Notes: generated by a model from the letters alone, not told the origin. A stretch of DNA of 64,000 nucleotides from Hydrogenophilaceae bacterium (GCA_013389015.1 JACAEE010000007.1:9159-73158); one strand, 5' to 3'. Counted from the first letter of the stretch, positions 9,822 to 19,492 are shown. Numbers and translations: made by a program.

Positions 9822-10555
9822 ACGACGCTGGCGCCGCCATCGACGCACCAGGTCTGCCCCGTGACATAAGATGCGCGTGACGAGAGCAGGAAGGCGGCCA
9901 CTTCGCCGACTTCCGTCCACTCGCCCGGGCGCTGGAGCGGCATGCGCAAAGTCCCCTTCTCGAAGACGCGGCCCGGCTTCACGCCGATCAGGCCTGGACT
10001 GATCGCATTCACGCGAATGTTCTTCGCCGCGGTCTCGACCGCGGCCGTGCGCGTCAACCCCAGGATGCCTGCTTTCATCGCGCTGTACGGAGCGATGGTG
10101 GGAACCCCGCGGAGCGCGGAATTGGAGCTGACATTGACGATCGCGCCGCCGCCGGCGCGCTCCATCTCCGGAATCTGATGCTTCATGCACAGGAAGACGC
10201 TGAGCAGATCGACTTCGTAGACGCGCCGCCATTCCTCGGCGGAATGCTCGGTCAGCGGCTTCAACGGGGGGCCGACGCCGGCGTTGTTGAAGGCGCAATC
10301 GATGCGGCCGAAGGCCTTGATTCCGGCGGCGACGAGGGCGGCGACATCGGCCTCCTTGGATACGTCGCAATGAACATGAACGGCCTCCCCGCCGCGCTCG
10401 CGAACCGCTGCGGCCGCCGCTTCGCCGCCCGCGTCGTCGATGTCCGCAAGGACGAGCCTTGCGCCCTCGCGCGCAAAGACGTCGACTGCGCCGCGGCCGA
10501 TTCCCGAGGCTGCGCCGGTGACGATCGTCACGCGGTCACGAAGCTCGCCGTCCAT
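9818..10555 (-). CDS. SDR family oxidoreductase
   Basis: MDGELRDRVTIVTGAASGIGRGA, NNAG, and YSAMKAGI. AAGGAGAG RBS upstream of ATG 10555. Confidence 0.9.
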   Translation of the reverse strand: MDGELRDRVTIVTGAASGIGRGAVDVFAREGARLVLADIDDAGGEAAAAAVRERGGEAVHVHCDVSKEADVAALVAAGIKAFGRIDCAFNNAGVGPPLKPLTEHSAEEWRRVYEVDLLSVFLCMKHQIPEMERAGGGAIVNVSSNSALRGVPTIAPYSAMKAGILGLTRTAAVETAAKNIRVNAISPGLIGVKPGRVFEKGTLRMPLQRPGEWTEVGEVAAFLLSSRASYVTGQTWCVDGGASVV

Positions 10556-10618
10556 CGCCCTCTCCTTGGCGCATTGTTCGTCGCCGGCGGCGCGGGCGCA
10601 AGGCGCAGGCCAGCGAAG

Positions 10619-10634
10619 CATCGCCGGTGCGATG
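10619..10634. promoter_or_regulatory. ATCGC-N4-GCGAT palindrome in the divergent SDR / MFS intergenic region
   Basis: CATCGCCGGTGCGATG has perfect 6-bp arms. Confidence 0.45.
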
Positions 10635-10727
10635 AACGCTCAAGCGAAGGGGCGGCCGCAAGCGCGCGATGCATAATGGGTCGCGGCCCTCCATCCGAGC
10701 ACGCCGCAATGCAGCGAGGAGAGACGC

Positions 10728-11993
10728 GTGTCCCATCGCCCTGACGGAAGTCCATCCGCATATCGGTGGTACGTGCTCGGCGTCCTCGTCCTGGTCTACA
10801 TGATGCACCACCTCGACCGGGTGGTGTTCTCGCTGCTGCAGGAGCCGATCAAGGACGAGTTTCAGCTGAGCGACGCGCAGCTGGCCCTGGTTTCTGGAAC
10901 CGCCTTCGCGATCGCGTTCGGCGTCGCCGGGCTGCCGCTCGGCTATCTCGCCGACCGCCGCAGGCGCGTGACGCTGCTGTCGATCATCGTCTCGACGTGG
11001 AGCGGGCTCACGGCGCTGGCCTCCCTCGCCACGCAGTTCAGCCACCTCTTGATCCTGCGCATCATCATCGGGGGCGCGGAATCCGGCAGCACGCCCACCA
11101 ATCTGTCCCTCATCAGCGACTATTTTCGCGACAAACGCTCGACCGCCATCGGCATCTATATGATGGGCTCGCAGCTCGGAACGCTGGTGGGCTTCGCCAT
11201 CACCGGCGTGGTGGCGGTGCACTATGGCTGGCGGGCGGCGCTGCTTGCGGCCGGCATACCGGGCCTGTTTCTCGTGCTGCTGCTCCTGCTGACCGTGCGC
11301 GAACCGTTGCGCCAGAGCGCGCAGAAGGCCGGATCGTTCGTGGCGGGCCTGCGCGAGATCGGAGGCAATGCGCCGCTCGTGCACCTGATCGCGGCCACCA
11401 CCATCGCCAACGTCGTCGCGCCCGGCATCTCGATGTGGCTGCCCTCGCTGCTGATGCGCGCCGGCGGCCAGGACATCGGCTGGACGGGGCTGGCGATCGC
11501 GTTCACCACAGCGCCGATCGGAATCCTCGGCACGATCATGGCCGGGGCGCTGACCGAGCGGATCGGCGCGACGAGCCCCGCGCGGATGAGCCGGCTCATG
11601 GCGCTGATGGCGTTCCTCTACATCCCGGCCATCCTGATCGCCGTATCGGGAGGGCCCTGGGTGATGCTCGCCGGATTCTGCGCCCACCTGTTCTGCCACA
11701 TGTTCGTGAGCACGCCGGGCTATGCGATGTGCATGAACATCTCTGCGCCGCATGTGCGCGGATCGACGACAGCGATCCTGCAGGTGCTGTCAAACCTGAT
11801 CGGCTTCGGCGTGGGCCCCATGGTCGGCGGCGTTCTGAGCGACATCCTGCGCCCGCAGTTCGGCGACGATTCGCTGCGCTATGCGCTCGGCATCTACGTC
11901 TTTCTGATCCTTTGGGCGGTTTACCATTTGCTGCGGGCGGCGGCGATCTTCTCGCGGCGCGCCAACGCGCCCGTCCAGCCGGCGCCCGCCTGA
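10728..11993 (+). CDS. MFS transporter
   Basis: 421 aa with about 12 hydrophobic segments and an MFS motif-A-like GYLADRRRRV. GTG start preceded by GAGGAGAG. Confidence 0.85.
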   Translation: MSHRPDGSPSAYRWYVLGVLVLVYMMHHLDRVVFSLLQEPIKDEFQLSDAQLALVSGTAFAIAFGVAGLPLGYLADRRRRVTLLSIIVSTWSGLTALASLATQFSHLLILRIIIGGAESGSTPTNLSLISDYFRDKRSTAIGIYMMGSQLGTLVGFAITGVVAVHYGWRAALLAAGIPGLFLVLLLLLTVREPLRQSAQKAGSFVAGLREIGGNAPLVHLIAATTIANVVAPGISMWLPSLLMRAGGQDIGWTGLAIAFTTAPIGILGTIMAGALTERIGATSPARMSRLMALMAFLYIPAILIAVSGGPWVMLAGFCAHLFCHMFVSTPGYAMCMNISAPHVRGSTTAILQVLSNLIGFGVGPMVGGVLSDILRPQFGDDSLRYALGIYVFLILWAVYHLLRAAAIFSRRANAPVQPAPA

Positions 11994-12029
11994 GGGACGG
12001 CTCCTTGCCTGGCGACGCAAGACCGCGCT

Positions 12030-12821
12030 ATGGCCTTAGCCATGAGCAACGCGCGCCTGGACAAGGACGAGGCTGGCGGGCCGCGCGCCATGTCGCGCGT
12101 GCTCAAATTGCTGAGCGTCTTGGCCAAGGCGCCTGAAGGCCTGTCGCTGACCGACCTCGCGGCCGCGCTCGACACCGCCAAGAGCACTATGCTCGCCAGC
12201 CTCAAGCCGCTTGCGGCGGACGATTTTCTTGTGGTCGAGGGCAATCTCTATCGCCTTGGGCCCCGGGCCTTCCGGCTGGCCGCCGAGATCAGCTCCGCAT
12301 GGTCGCTGCCGCGAACCCTGCGCGGATATCTGCGCACGCTGGCTGACCGCAGCGGCGAAAGCGTGGGCCTCGCCGTGCTCGACGCGGAAATGCGCCGCTC
12401 GGTTTATGTCGACGTGATCGAAAGCGCGCGCCCCGTGCGCTATGCGCTCAAGATCGGCATGAGCGGGCCGCTGCACTCGACGGCGGCGGGGCGCGTGCTG
12501 CTCGCGCATCAGCCGGAAGAGTACACGCAAGCGTTTCTGAAGACGGGCAAGCTGGCGGCCTTCACGCCGCGCACGACGACCGACGCCAAACAGCTCGCCG
12601 CGCAGCTCGAGCAGGTGCGGCGCGACGGATATTGGCTGAGCATCGGCGAGTCGATCGAGGATTCGGCGGCGATCGCCGCGCCGGTCTTCGGGCCGAACGG
12701 CGATATTCTCGCCGCGCTGACGATCGGGGCGCCGTCGGACCGCCTGCAGGCCAATCTCGACGCCCTGCGCGCGGCGCTGCTCGAGGTCGCAGCGCACGCG
12801 TCGGGCCGCGCCGAGGGCTGA
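12030..12821 (+). CDS. IclR family transcriptional regulator
   Basis: N-terminal wHTH (RVLKLLSVLAKAPEGLSLTDLAAALDTAKSTMLASLKPL) and C-terminal IclR effector domain (GYWLSIGESIEDSAAIAAPVFG). The exact start could be 12030 or a nearby internal Met. Confidence 0.85.
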   Translation: MALAMSNARLDKDEAGGPRAMSRVLKLLSVLAKAPEGLSLTDLAAALDTAKSTMLASLKPLAADDFLVVEGNLYRLGPRAFRLAAEISSAWSLPRTLRGYLRTLADRSGESVGLAVLDAEMRRSVYVDVIESARPVRYALKIGMSGPLHSTAAGRVLLAHQPEEYTQAFLKTGKLAAFTPRTTTDAKQLAAQLEQVRRDGYWLSIGESIEDSAAIAAPVFGPNGDILAALTIGAPSDRLQANLDALRAALLEVAAHASGRAEG

Positions 12822-12823
12822 GG

Positions 12824-14049
12824 CTAAATGGGCAAGCCCATGAAGCGCATGCCGTTCTCGTACATGATCTTGCGCGTGTCGGCGGGCGAGAGGTTCGCGC
12901 AGGCCTCATCGGCGAACAGGCGCGGCTCGGCCACGCCTTCGGAATGGGGATAGTCCGAGCCCATGAGGATCCAGTCGGCGGCGGCGGTCTGCTCCACAAG
13001 CAGCGCCAGATCATCCTCGGGATAGGCCACCACGCGCACGTGGCGCATGAAGATGCGGCTGGGGCGCTCGCTCAGCTGGCCGCCCGGCCAATAGCCGTTC
13101 TTGGCCATGCCGCGGCACTTGTCCATTTTCACCAGCGCGGCTGGAACCCATTCGGCGCCGTTCTCCGCGGAGAGAATCTTGATGTTGGGAAAGCGCGCGA
13201 AGAAGTTCCAGAAAATGAAGCTGGAGATCGTCTCGATCACGGGGCGTTCGCTATAGCCGTGCATCCAGACGAAAGCGGTCTGGCGCAGGCGCGATTTCTG
13301 CATCGGCTCGCCCCAGACGGCCATGTGATCCTGCATGTAGATCGCTTCCGAGACGTGGAAGACGATGCTCACCTTCGCCTCGTTGAGAATGGCCCAGAAG
13401 CGATCGTGATCGGGATGGGCGGGGGCTTTGCCGTTCACCGGCCCCATCGCATCAGCACCAGGCGCGCGCCGTTCTCCACCGCCCAGCGCGCCTGTTCGCA
13501 AGCCTTGTCGACATTCGCCAGGGTGATGATCGGGCAGGAGAAGATGCGATCGGCGTAGTTCAGCCCCCACTGATCCTTCATCCAGCGATTATAGGCCTGG
13601 AAGCTCGCGTGGGCGGCGGCGGGATCGTCGAAATAGCTTAGGGCGCTGACGAAATTGCCGGCGTAGAGAATGCTTGAGCGTACGTTCCAGCGATCCAGCA
13701 GCTTCACACGCTCGACCGGGTCGGTCATGTCGGCGCTGATCGGCACGCGCATGTCGATCTCGGCCTTGCCCTCCTTCTGCGCGCGCAGCCATTCGTGCAG
13801 CTTGCCCGGCGGCGGGATCTTGAAATCCTCGGTCATATATTCGGCGCTGATCTCGACCTTGCGCGGGCCGACATAGAGCGCGAACTGGCCATCCTCGCCG
13901 CGACGATAGCCGACGCCGTACTCGGCCTTGAATTGCTCCGGCAGATAGCGCGTGAAGGCGTCGGGCGTTTCGTAGAGGTGGGTGTCTGCGTCAAAGATCG
14001 GCCCGGCATAGGCCGAACCCGCGCGGGGCGCGTCGGCTGCTTGCGTCAT
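12824..14049 (-). pseudogene. amidohydrolase-2 family gene split by a frameshift near 13435-13447
   Basis: The N-terminal ORF (14049-13435) reads MTQAADAP...IFDADTHLYE...ENGARLVLMRWGR*. A second frame continues with MGPVNGKAPAHPDHDRFW...FHVSE...MGSDYPHSEG. Together they make one amidohydrolase of about 405 aa. The junction CTGATGCGATGGGGCCGGTGAACGGC needs a 1-nt deletion (or a 2-nt insertion) to restore the frame. Confidence 0.7.
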
Positions 14050-14480
14050 TGCTCCACCACGATATCGGCCAGCGCGTTGCGCTGTTGCTGGGTCAACGAC
14101 ACCGGCTTGCGCGTCTGGCGGTCGACATAGACGTGGACGAAATGGCCGGTCGCGGCCGGCGCCTCGCTTCCATCCAAGAAGAGCCCGACCTCGAAGCGGA
14201 GGCTCTTGTCGCCCATGCGCCCGATGCGCACGCGCGCATCGATGGTCTGGGGAAACTCGACCGGCTGGTGGAACGCGCATTGGCTTTCGACGCACAGGCC
14301 GATCGAAGGCGAGTCGGGCAGCCAGACCACGCGCCGCTCGAACAGCATCTTGGTCACGGCCGTATCGAACCAGCTATAATAGATCACGTTATTGACGTGA
14401 CCGTAGGGATCGCCATCGGCCCAGCGGGTGGGGATGTCGACCTGCCAGCGATAGTTTTCGCGGCGTTCGTGCTTGCTCAT
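14046..14480 (-). CDS. acyl-CoA thioesterase, 4HBT/YbgC-type hotdog fold
   Basis: 144 aa, with RWADGDPYGHVNNVIYYSWFD matching the hotdog catalytic region. ATGA overlap with the downstream amidohydrolase start. Confidence 0.8.
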   Translation of the reverse strand: MSKHERRENYRWQVDIPTRWADGDPYGHVNNVIYYSWFDTAVTKMLFERRVVWLPDSPSIGLCVESQCAFHQPVEFPQTIDARVRIGRMGDKSLRFEVGLFLDGSEAPAATGHFVHVYVDRQTRKPVSLTQQQRNALADIVVEQ

Positions 14481-14509
14481 GCGTTCTCCAGCCGATGCGT
14501 CGCCATAGT

Positions 14510-15316
14510 CTAGGCGCCGGTGAAGACGGGGGCGCGCTTCTCGATGAACGCATCCACGGCCTCCTTGTGATCCGCGGTTTCGTGCGCGAGAGCCTGGAAC
14601 GCCGCGGACAGTTCGAGGACGTCGCTGAGGCGCGCGTGCTGGGCTTCGCGCAGCAGCCGCTTCGACAGGCGCACGCTGCGCGGCGGATTGACCGCGATGC
14701 GCGCGGCCAGCGCGCGCGCCTCGCGCATGACCTCATCGGCGGGGACCACCTTGTTGACGAGGCCGATGGCCGCGGCTTCGGCGGCGGTGATTGGGTCGCC
14801 GGTGAGGATCAGCTCGGCGGCGCGGGCGTAGCCCAACACACGCTGCAGGATCCAGGCGCCGCCGTCGCCGGGCGCGATGCCCAACTTGATGAAGCTGGCG
14901 GCGAACTTCGCGTCAGCCGCGGCCACGCGCAGATCGCACAGCGCCGCAAGATCGAGCCCGAGGCCGACTGCGTGGCCGTTGACGGCGGCGATCGTGGCGA
15001 TTTCGAGATCGGCCAGGGCGCGGGGAATCTGCTGCACGCCGCGGCGATAATTGGCGCGGGTGTCTGCGGGGGTCGCCAGCGGGCCGATGCCGTTGCGATC
15101 GCGCATGCTCTGGATGTTTCCCCCAGCAGAGAACGCCGAACCCGCGCCGGTGAGGATCAACACGCTGACTTCAGGATCGGCGTTCGCATCGCGCAGCGCG
15201 GCGATCAGCGCCTCGCAATCGACGTGCTCGGCGATCGCGTTTCGCGTCTCGGGACGGTTGAGCGTGACGGTGACGATGCGCCCGTCCTTCTCGGCGACGA
15301 CAAACGGCTTCGACAT
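14510..15316 (-). CDS. enoyl-CoA hydratase/isomerase (crotonase) family protein
   Basis: VTVTLNRPETRNAI, LTGAGSAFSAGGN, and AAVNGHAVGLGLDLAALCD. Confidence 0.9.
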   Translation of the reverse strand: MSKPFVVAEKDGRIVTVTLNRPETRNAIAEHVDCEALIAALRDANADPEVSVLILTGAGSAFSAGGNIQSMRDRNGIGPLATPADTRANYRRGVQQIPRALADLEIATIAAVNGHAVGLGLDLAALCDLRVAAADAKFAASFIKLGIAPGDGGAWILQRVLGYARAAELILTGDPITAAEAAAIGLVNKVVPADEVMREARALAARIAVNPPRSVRLSKRLLREAQHARLSDVLELSAAFQALAHETADHKEAVDAFIEKRAPVFTGA

Positions 15317-15404
15317 CCTGTGTTCCTGTACCGGTCCGGCCGCCTCCCAGTCGCCATAACCAGGGCGACGCGGGCAAGGGGATGCGCAAGCGCGGCCCAG
15401 GATA

Positions 15405-15420
15405 TATCGACCAGTCGATA
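15405..15420. promoter_or_regulatory. ATCG-N6-CGAT palindrome in the divergent crotonase / CoA-transferase region
   Basis: TATCGACCAGTCGATA has perfect 7-bp arms and a 2-bp spacer. Confidence 0.45.
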
Positions 15421-15508
15421 CTCCCCGCCCGCCGGGGCCGCTCCGCTTGCCGGCGCCGTCACTTTCCCGACATGCAAGAGGCTCGGACGAAAATGGGGAC
15501 CCGCAGGC

Positions 15509-16735
15509 ATGCCCTCACAGGCGCTATCGGGAGTGCGAGTGCTGGATCTCAGCCGCGTGCTGGCCGCGCCTCTGGCGGCCCAGATGCTGGGCGACCTCGG
15601 CGCCGAAGTCATCAAGGTCGAACGCCCGGGGACCGGCGACGAAGCACGTGACTACGGCCCCCCCTTCCTCAAGGACAGGGACGGCGCGCCGACACGCGAC
15701 GCCGCCTTCTATCTGAGCGCCAACCGAAACAAGAAGTCGATCACCGTCGATCTCGCCAACCGCGAAGGACAAGACATCATCCGCGCGCTGGCGCAGCGCG
15801 CCGACATCGTGATCGAGAACTTCAAGACCGGGACGCTGCGCAAGTACGGGCTCGACTATGAGAGCCTGCGCGCGCTGAATCCGCGGCTCATCTATTGCTC
15901 GATCACCGGCTTCGGCCAGACCGGGCCGCTGGCGGAGAAGCCCGGCTATGACGGCGTGTTCCAGGCCATGAGCGGCCTGATGAGCGCGACGGGCCATCCC
16001 GACGAAACGCCAGGCGGCGGGCCGCTCAAGATCGGCATCTCGATGGTGGACATTCTCACCAGCCATTACGCCGTCAGCGCCATGCTTGCTGCGCTCTATC
16101 ATCGCGACCTGCATGACGGGCCCGGGCAATATATCGACCTGGCGCTCCTCGATTGCGGGATCGCCTCGCTTTCGCACTACGCCATGAACTATCTCGTCTC
16201 GGGCGTCTTGCCGCCGCGCCGCGGCAATGGCGGCTTCGGCGGCGTGCCGTCGCAGTCGTTCCGCTGCGCGGATCGCGACATCTTCCTTGTCGCGGGCAAC
16301 GACGCCCAGTTCAACCGTTTCTGCGCGGCGATCGAGCGGAGCGATCTCGCCAAGGACGTCCGCTTTTCAAGCACGCGCGCGCGAATCGAGAACCGCGACG
16401 CTTTGCTCGCCATCCTGGACCAGGAGATGCTGCGCCGCCCGGCGGCGGAATGGATCGAACGGCTGGACGCGGCGGAGGTGCCGGCGAGCCTGGTGAACAC
16501 GCTGGCGGATGCGCTCGAGCACCCGCAAGTGCGCCATCGCGAGATGCTGCAGAGCGTGGAGCATCCTCTCGCCAGCGAGATCCAATTGCTGCGCAATCCG
16601 ATTCGGCTTTCGGAGACGCCGATCGGAACCTGCAGCGCGCCGCCCGTGGTCGGCCAGCACACCGCCGAGATCCTGCAATCCCTCGGCTATGACGAAGCCA
16701 GAATCGCCGACCTGCGCCGGGCGCGCGTGGTCTAG
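15509..16735 (+). CDS. family III CoA-transferase (CaiB/BaiF family; racemase-like)
   Basis: MPSQALSGVRVLDLSRVLAAPLAAQMLGDLGAEVIKVERPGTGD, and ITGFGQTGP. The first 338 codons of the 746-aa track ORF are antisense to the crotonase gene and were rejected. Confidence 0.9.
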   Translation: MPSQALSGVRVLDLSRVLAAPLAAQMLGDLGAEVIKVERPGTGDEARDYGPPFLKDRDGAPTRDAAFYLSANRNKKSITVDLANREGQDIIRALAQRADIVIENFKTGTLRKYGLDYESLRALNPRLIYCSITGFGQTGPLAEKPGYDGVFQAMSGLMSATGHPDETPGGGPLKIGISMVDILTSHYAVSAMLAALYHRDLHDGPGQYIDLALLDCGIASLSHYAMNYLVSGVLPPRRGNGGFGGVPSQSFRCADRDIFLVAGNDAQFNRFCAAIERSDLAKDVRFSSTRARIENRDALLAILDQEMLRRPAAEWIERLDAAEVPASLVNTLADALEHPQVRHREMLQSVEHPLASEIQLLRNPIRLSETPIGTCSAPPVVGQHTAEILQSLGYDEARIADLRRARVV

Positions 16736-16765
16736 TCCAAATCCTCTCCGCGACAGGAGCCGATC

Positions 16766-17551
16766 ATGACCGACAAGATCATCACCCAGAAGGACGGCGC
16801 GGTGGGGCGCCTCATCTTCAACAATCCCGAAAAGCTGAACGCGATCTCGCTGGAGATGTGGGAGGGGCTCGGCCGTGCGGTCGACGTGTTCGAGGATGAT
16901 CCGGAGGTCCGGGTGATCGTCGTCTCCGGCGCGGGCGGCAAGAGCTTCATCGCCGGCGCAGACGTCTCCAAATACGGCGACGAGCGCATGGGCCGTGAGG
17001 CGCAGGAGCATTATGCGCAGACGGGCGAGAAGTCGCTCAAGGCGCTCTACAATTCCAAGAAGGTGACCGTCGCGGCGATCGATGGGTGGTGCATCGGCGG
17101 CGGCATCTCGGTGGCCGTGTGCTGCGATCTGCGCTATTGCTCGGACAAGTCGAAGTTCGGCCAGCCCGCCATGCGCTACGGCATCGGCTACCGCTATTCG
17201 AGTCTCCGGCGCCTCGTCGACATCATCGGCGTGCCCGCGTGCAAAGACATGCTCCTCGGCGGGCTTCAGTTCGACGCGGAAGAAGCGCTGAAGAAGCACC
17301 TCGTCGGCCGCGTCATTCCTGAAGCGGAGTTCGACGCCTGGATCGAAAAGACCGTGAACGGCATCGCCCAGGGCGCGCCGCTCACCGGCCACCAGATCAA
17401 GTACACGCTCAACGAAATCTGCAAGGACCCGGGCGATCGCAACACCGAACGCTGCGAAGAGCTCTTCCAGATCTGCTATGCTTCCGACGACTACAAGGAG
17501 GGCGTGGCGGCGTTCGCGGAGAAGCGGAAGCCGGTGTTCAAGGGGACGTAA
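16766..17551 (+). CDS. enoyl-CoA hydratase/isomerase family protein
   Basis: RLIFNNPEKLNAI, VSGAGGKSFIAGADV, and AAIDGWCIGGGISVAVCCD. Confidence 0.9.
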   Translation: MTDKIITQKDGAVGRLIFNNPEKLNAISLEMWEGLGRAVDVFEDDPEVRVIVVSGAGGKSFIAGADVSKYGDERMGREAQEHYAQTGEKSLKALYNSKKVTVAAIDGWCIGGGISVAVCCDLRYCSDKSKFGQPAMRYGIGYRYSSLRRLVDIIGVPACKDMLLGGLQFDAEEALKKHLVGRVIPEAEFDAWIEKTVNGIAQGAPLTGHQIKYTLNEICKDPGDRNTERCEELFQICYASDDYKEGVAAFAEKRKPVFKGT

Positions 17552-17562
17552 GCGGCGCGAGC

Positions 17563-18747
17563 ATGAATCTCGACTTCTCACCCGAGGAGCACGCTTTCCG
17601 CCAGGACGTGCGCGCCTTCATCGACGCCAATCTGCCGGCGGCGACGCGGGCCAAGGTGATGGGCGACCGCCCGCTCGAGAAGGCCGACATCGTCGGCTGG
17701 CAGCGCATCCTGAACCAACGCGGCTGGGCGACGCCCTCATGGCCCAAGGAATATGGCGGCCCGGGCTGGAACGCGGTCGAACGCTATATCTTCCTTGACG
17801 AGCTGCATCAGGGCGGGGCGCCTGAGCCGCTCTCGTTCAACGTCGCCATGCTGGGGCCGGTCGTCATCGCCTATGGCACGGACGACCAGAAGCGGCGCCT
17901 GCTGCCCCGTCTCGCCAATCTCGACGATTGGTGGTGCCAGGGGTTCTCCGAACCCGGCGCGGGCTCCGACCTTGCGAGCCTGACGTGCAGCGCGCGCCGC
18001 GACGGCGATCACTACATCGTCAACGGCCAGAAGATCTGGCAGGGCATGGGCCATTGGGCGGATTGGGGATTCTTTCTTGTCCGCACCGATCCCGACGCCC
18101 CGAAGAAGCAGGCCGGCATCACGTTCCTGCTGATCGACATGAAGTCGCCCGGCGTGTCGCTCTCGCCGATCATCACGCTGGACGGGCGCCATGAGGTGAA
18201 TTCAGTCTTCCTCGACGACGTGCGCGTGCCGATCGAAAACCGGCTCGGCGAGGAGAACCAGGGTTGGACTGTCGCCAAGCACCTGCTCGGCAATGAACGC
18301 ACCAACATCGCGCGCGTCGGCGTCACCAAACGCATCCTGGCGCGCGCGCGCCGCGCCGCGACGGCTACGGGGCTCTTCAGCGCGCCGCTGTTCGCCGCGC
18401 GGCTCGCGCGCATCGAGGTCGCGCTGCAAGCCGTTGAGACGTTGCAGCTGCGGGTGCTGGCGGCGCAGATCAAGGACAACAGGCCCGACTCCCGCGCCTC
18501 CATTCTCAAGCTGCGCAGCGTCGAGGTGCGTCAGGCGGCGGGCGAGTTGCTGATGGAGGCCTGCGGGGCGCAAGGCCTCTCGTTCGTGCGCTTCGAGGCG
18601 GGCGAACGCCCGCCTTTCGACGAGGCCGACGAGGGCTGGTCGGCGAGCGCGGTGTGCTTCAATCTGCGGGCGGCGTCGATCTATGGCGGCGCCAGCGAAG
18701 TCCAGCGCAACATCCTCGCCGACACGGTGCTTGGACTGGGGCGCTAG
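17563..18747 (+). CDS. acyl-CoA dehydrogenase, class A (FadE-like, C-terminal IYGGxxE motif)
   Basis: WWCQGFSEPGAGSDLAS, and a C-terminal SIYGGASEVQRNILADTVLGL. Confidence 0.85.
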   Translation: MNLDFSPEEHAFRQDVRAFIDANLPAATRAKVMGDRPLEKADIVGWQRILNQRGWATPSWPKEYGGPGWNAVERYIFLDELHQGGAPEPLSFNVAMLGPVVIAYGTDDQKRRLLPRLANLDDWWCQGFSEPGAGSDLASLTCSARRDGDHYIVNGQKIWQGMGHWADWGFFLVRTDPDAPKKQAGITFLLIDMKSPGVSLSPIITLDGRHEVNSVFLDDVRVPIENRLGEENQGWTVAKHLLGNERTNIARVGVTKRILARARRAATATGLFSAPLFAARLARIEVALQAVETLQLRVLAAQIKDNRPDSRASILKLRSVEVRQAAGELLMEACGAQGLSFVRFEAGERPPFDEADEGWSASAVCFNLRAASIYGGASEVQRNILADTVLGLGR

Positions 18748-18760
18748 CTGAAAGGCTGCC

Positions 18761-19342
18761 GTGATGAGCACCCCGCTCGAAGAGCGTATCGACCGAATTG
18801 AATCGATCCTCGCGATTCAGCAGCTGGCGATACGCTACGCCATCGCCATCGACAGCCGCGATCTCGACGCTTGGCTCATGCTCTTTCCCGACGACGTCGA
18901 TTGCGGCAGGCGCGGGCGCGGACGCGAGGCGCTGCGCGGCTTCATCGCCCCGTTGCTGAAGGATTTCTACCGCAGCGTCCACCTCATCTGCGGCCATCAG
19001 ATCGACTTGACGGGGCCCGACCAAGCCACAGGACGGGTCTATTGCCGCGCCGAACACGAGCGCGGCGAGGAATGGATCGTGCAGGCGATCTGCTATTTCG
19101 ACGCCTATGTGCGCCAGAACGGCGTCTGGTATTTCGCCCGGCGCGAGGAAGATTTCTTCTATTCAGCTGACGCGCTGGAGCGGCCCCAGCAGGCGGAATT
19201 CACGCGCTGGCCGGGACCGGCGCCGAAGTTCCAACCGAAGATGATGGTGTCGCGCTTTCCGACTTGGCGCTCGTTCTGGGCAGATTGCGCGGACGACGCG
19301 CTGAGCACGGTGACCCGCCAGCCGGGGCCGCGGCGGGACTGA
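18761..19342 (+). CDS. SnoaL-like / NTF2-fold protein
   Basis: RIESILAIQQLAIRYAIAIDSRDLDAWLMLF and YFDAYVRQNGVWYFARRE are typical of SnoaL_4 / ring-hydroxylating beta-subunit-like folds. GTG start at 18761 (ATG at 18764). Confidence 0.7.
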   Translation: MMSTPLEERIDRIESILAIQQLAIRYAIAIDSRDLDAWLMLFPDDVDCGRRGRGREALRGFIAPLLKDFYRSVHLICGHQIDLTGPDQATGRVYCRAEHERGEEWIVQAICYFDAYVRQNGVWYFARREEDFFYSADALERPQQAEFTRWPGPAPKFQPKMMVSRFPTWRSFWADCADDALSTVTRQPGPRRD

Positions 19343-19422
19343 CCGGGCCATCACGCCTGCGATAACGCCACTGATGGACCCAAAAAGCCGTCTGATCGGC
19401 CCCGCTGGACAGCGCCGAAAAA

Positions 19423-19476
19423 TTGACGCTGCGGGCGGCCGGGCGTATGGTTTTCTGAACATCGTTCGAAAATCCA
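19423..19476 (+). promoter_or_regulatory. candidate sigma70-type promoter with an overlapping imperfect palindrome upstream of the crotonase / NMO / TauD / LuxEC operon
   Basis: TTGACG (19423-19428), 17-nt spacer, TATGGT (19446-19451). The imperfect palindrome TGGTTTTCTGAACATCGTTCGAAAATCCA (19448-19476) overlaps the -10 and +1 positions. Confidence 0.4.
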
Positions 19477-19492
19477 TACTCCGAGGGCGGGC

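Noticed and set aside
10536-11753. 405-aa minus-strand ORF and 456-aa plus-strand ORF (10766-12136) overlapping the MFS transporter gene
   Set aside because: Only the 10728-11993 frame gives the periodic hydrophobic segments and an MFS motif. The others are Arg/Pro-rich alternative-frame artefacts.
14495-15508. N-terminal 338 codons of the 746-aa track ORF, which would make a giant fusion with the CoA-transferase
   Set aside because: This part is antisense to the crotonase gene (14510-15316) and has no motifs. The CoA-transferase family N-terminus begins at ATG 15509.
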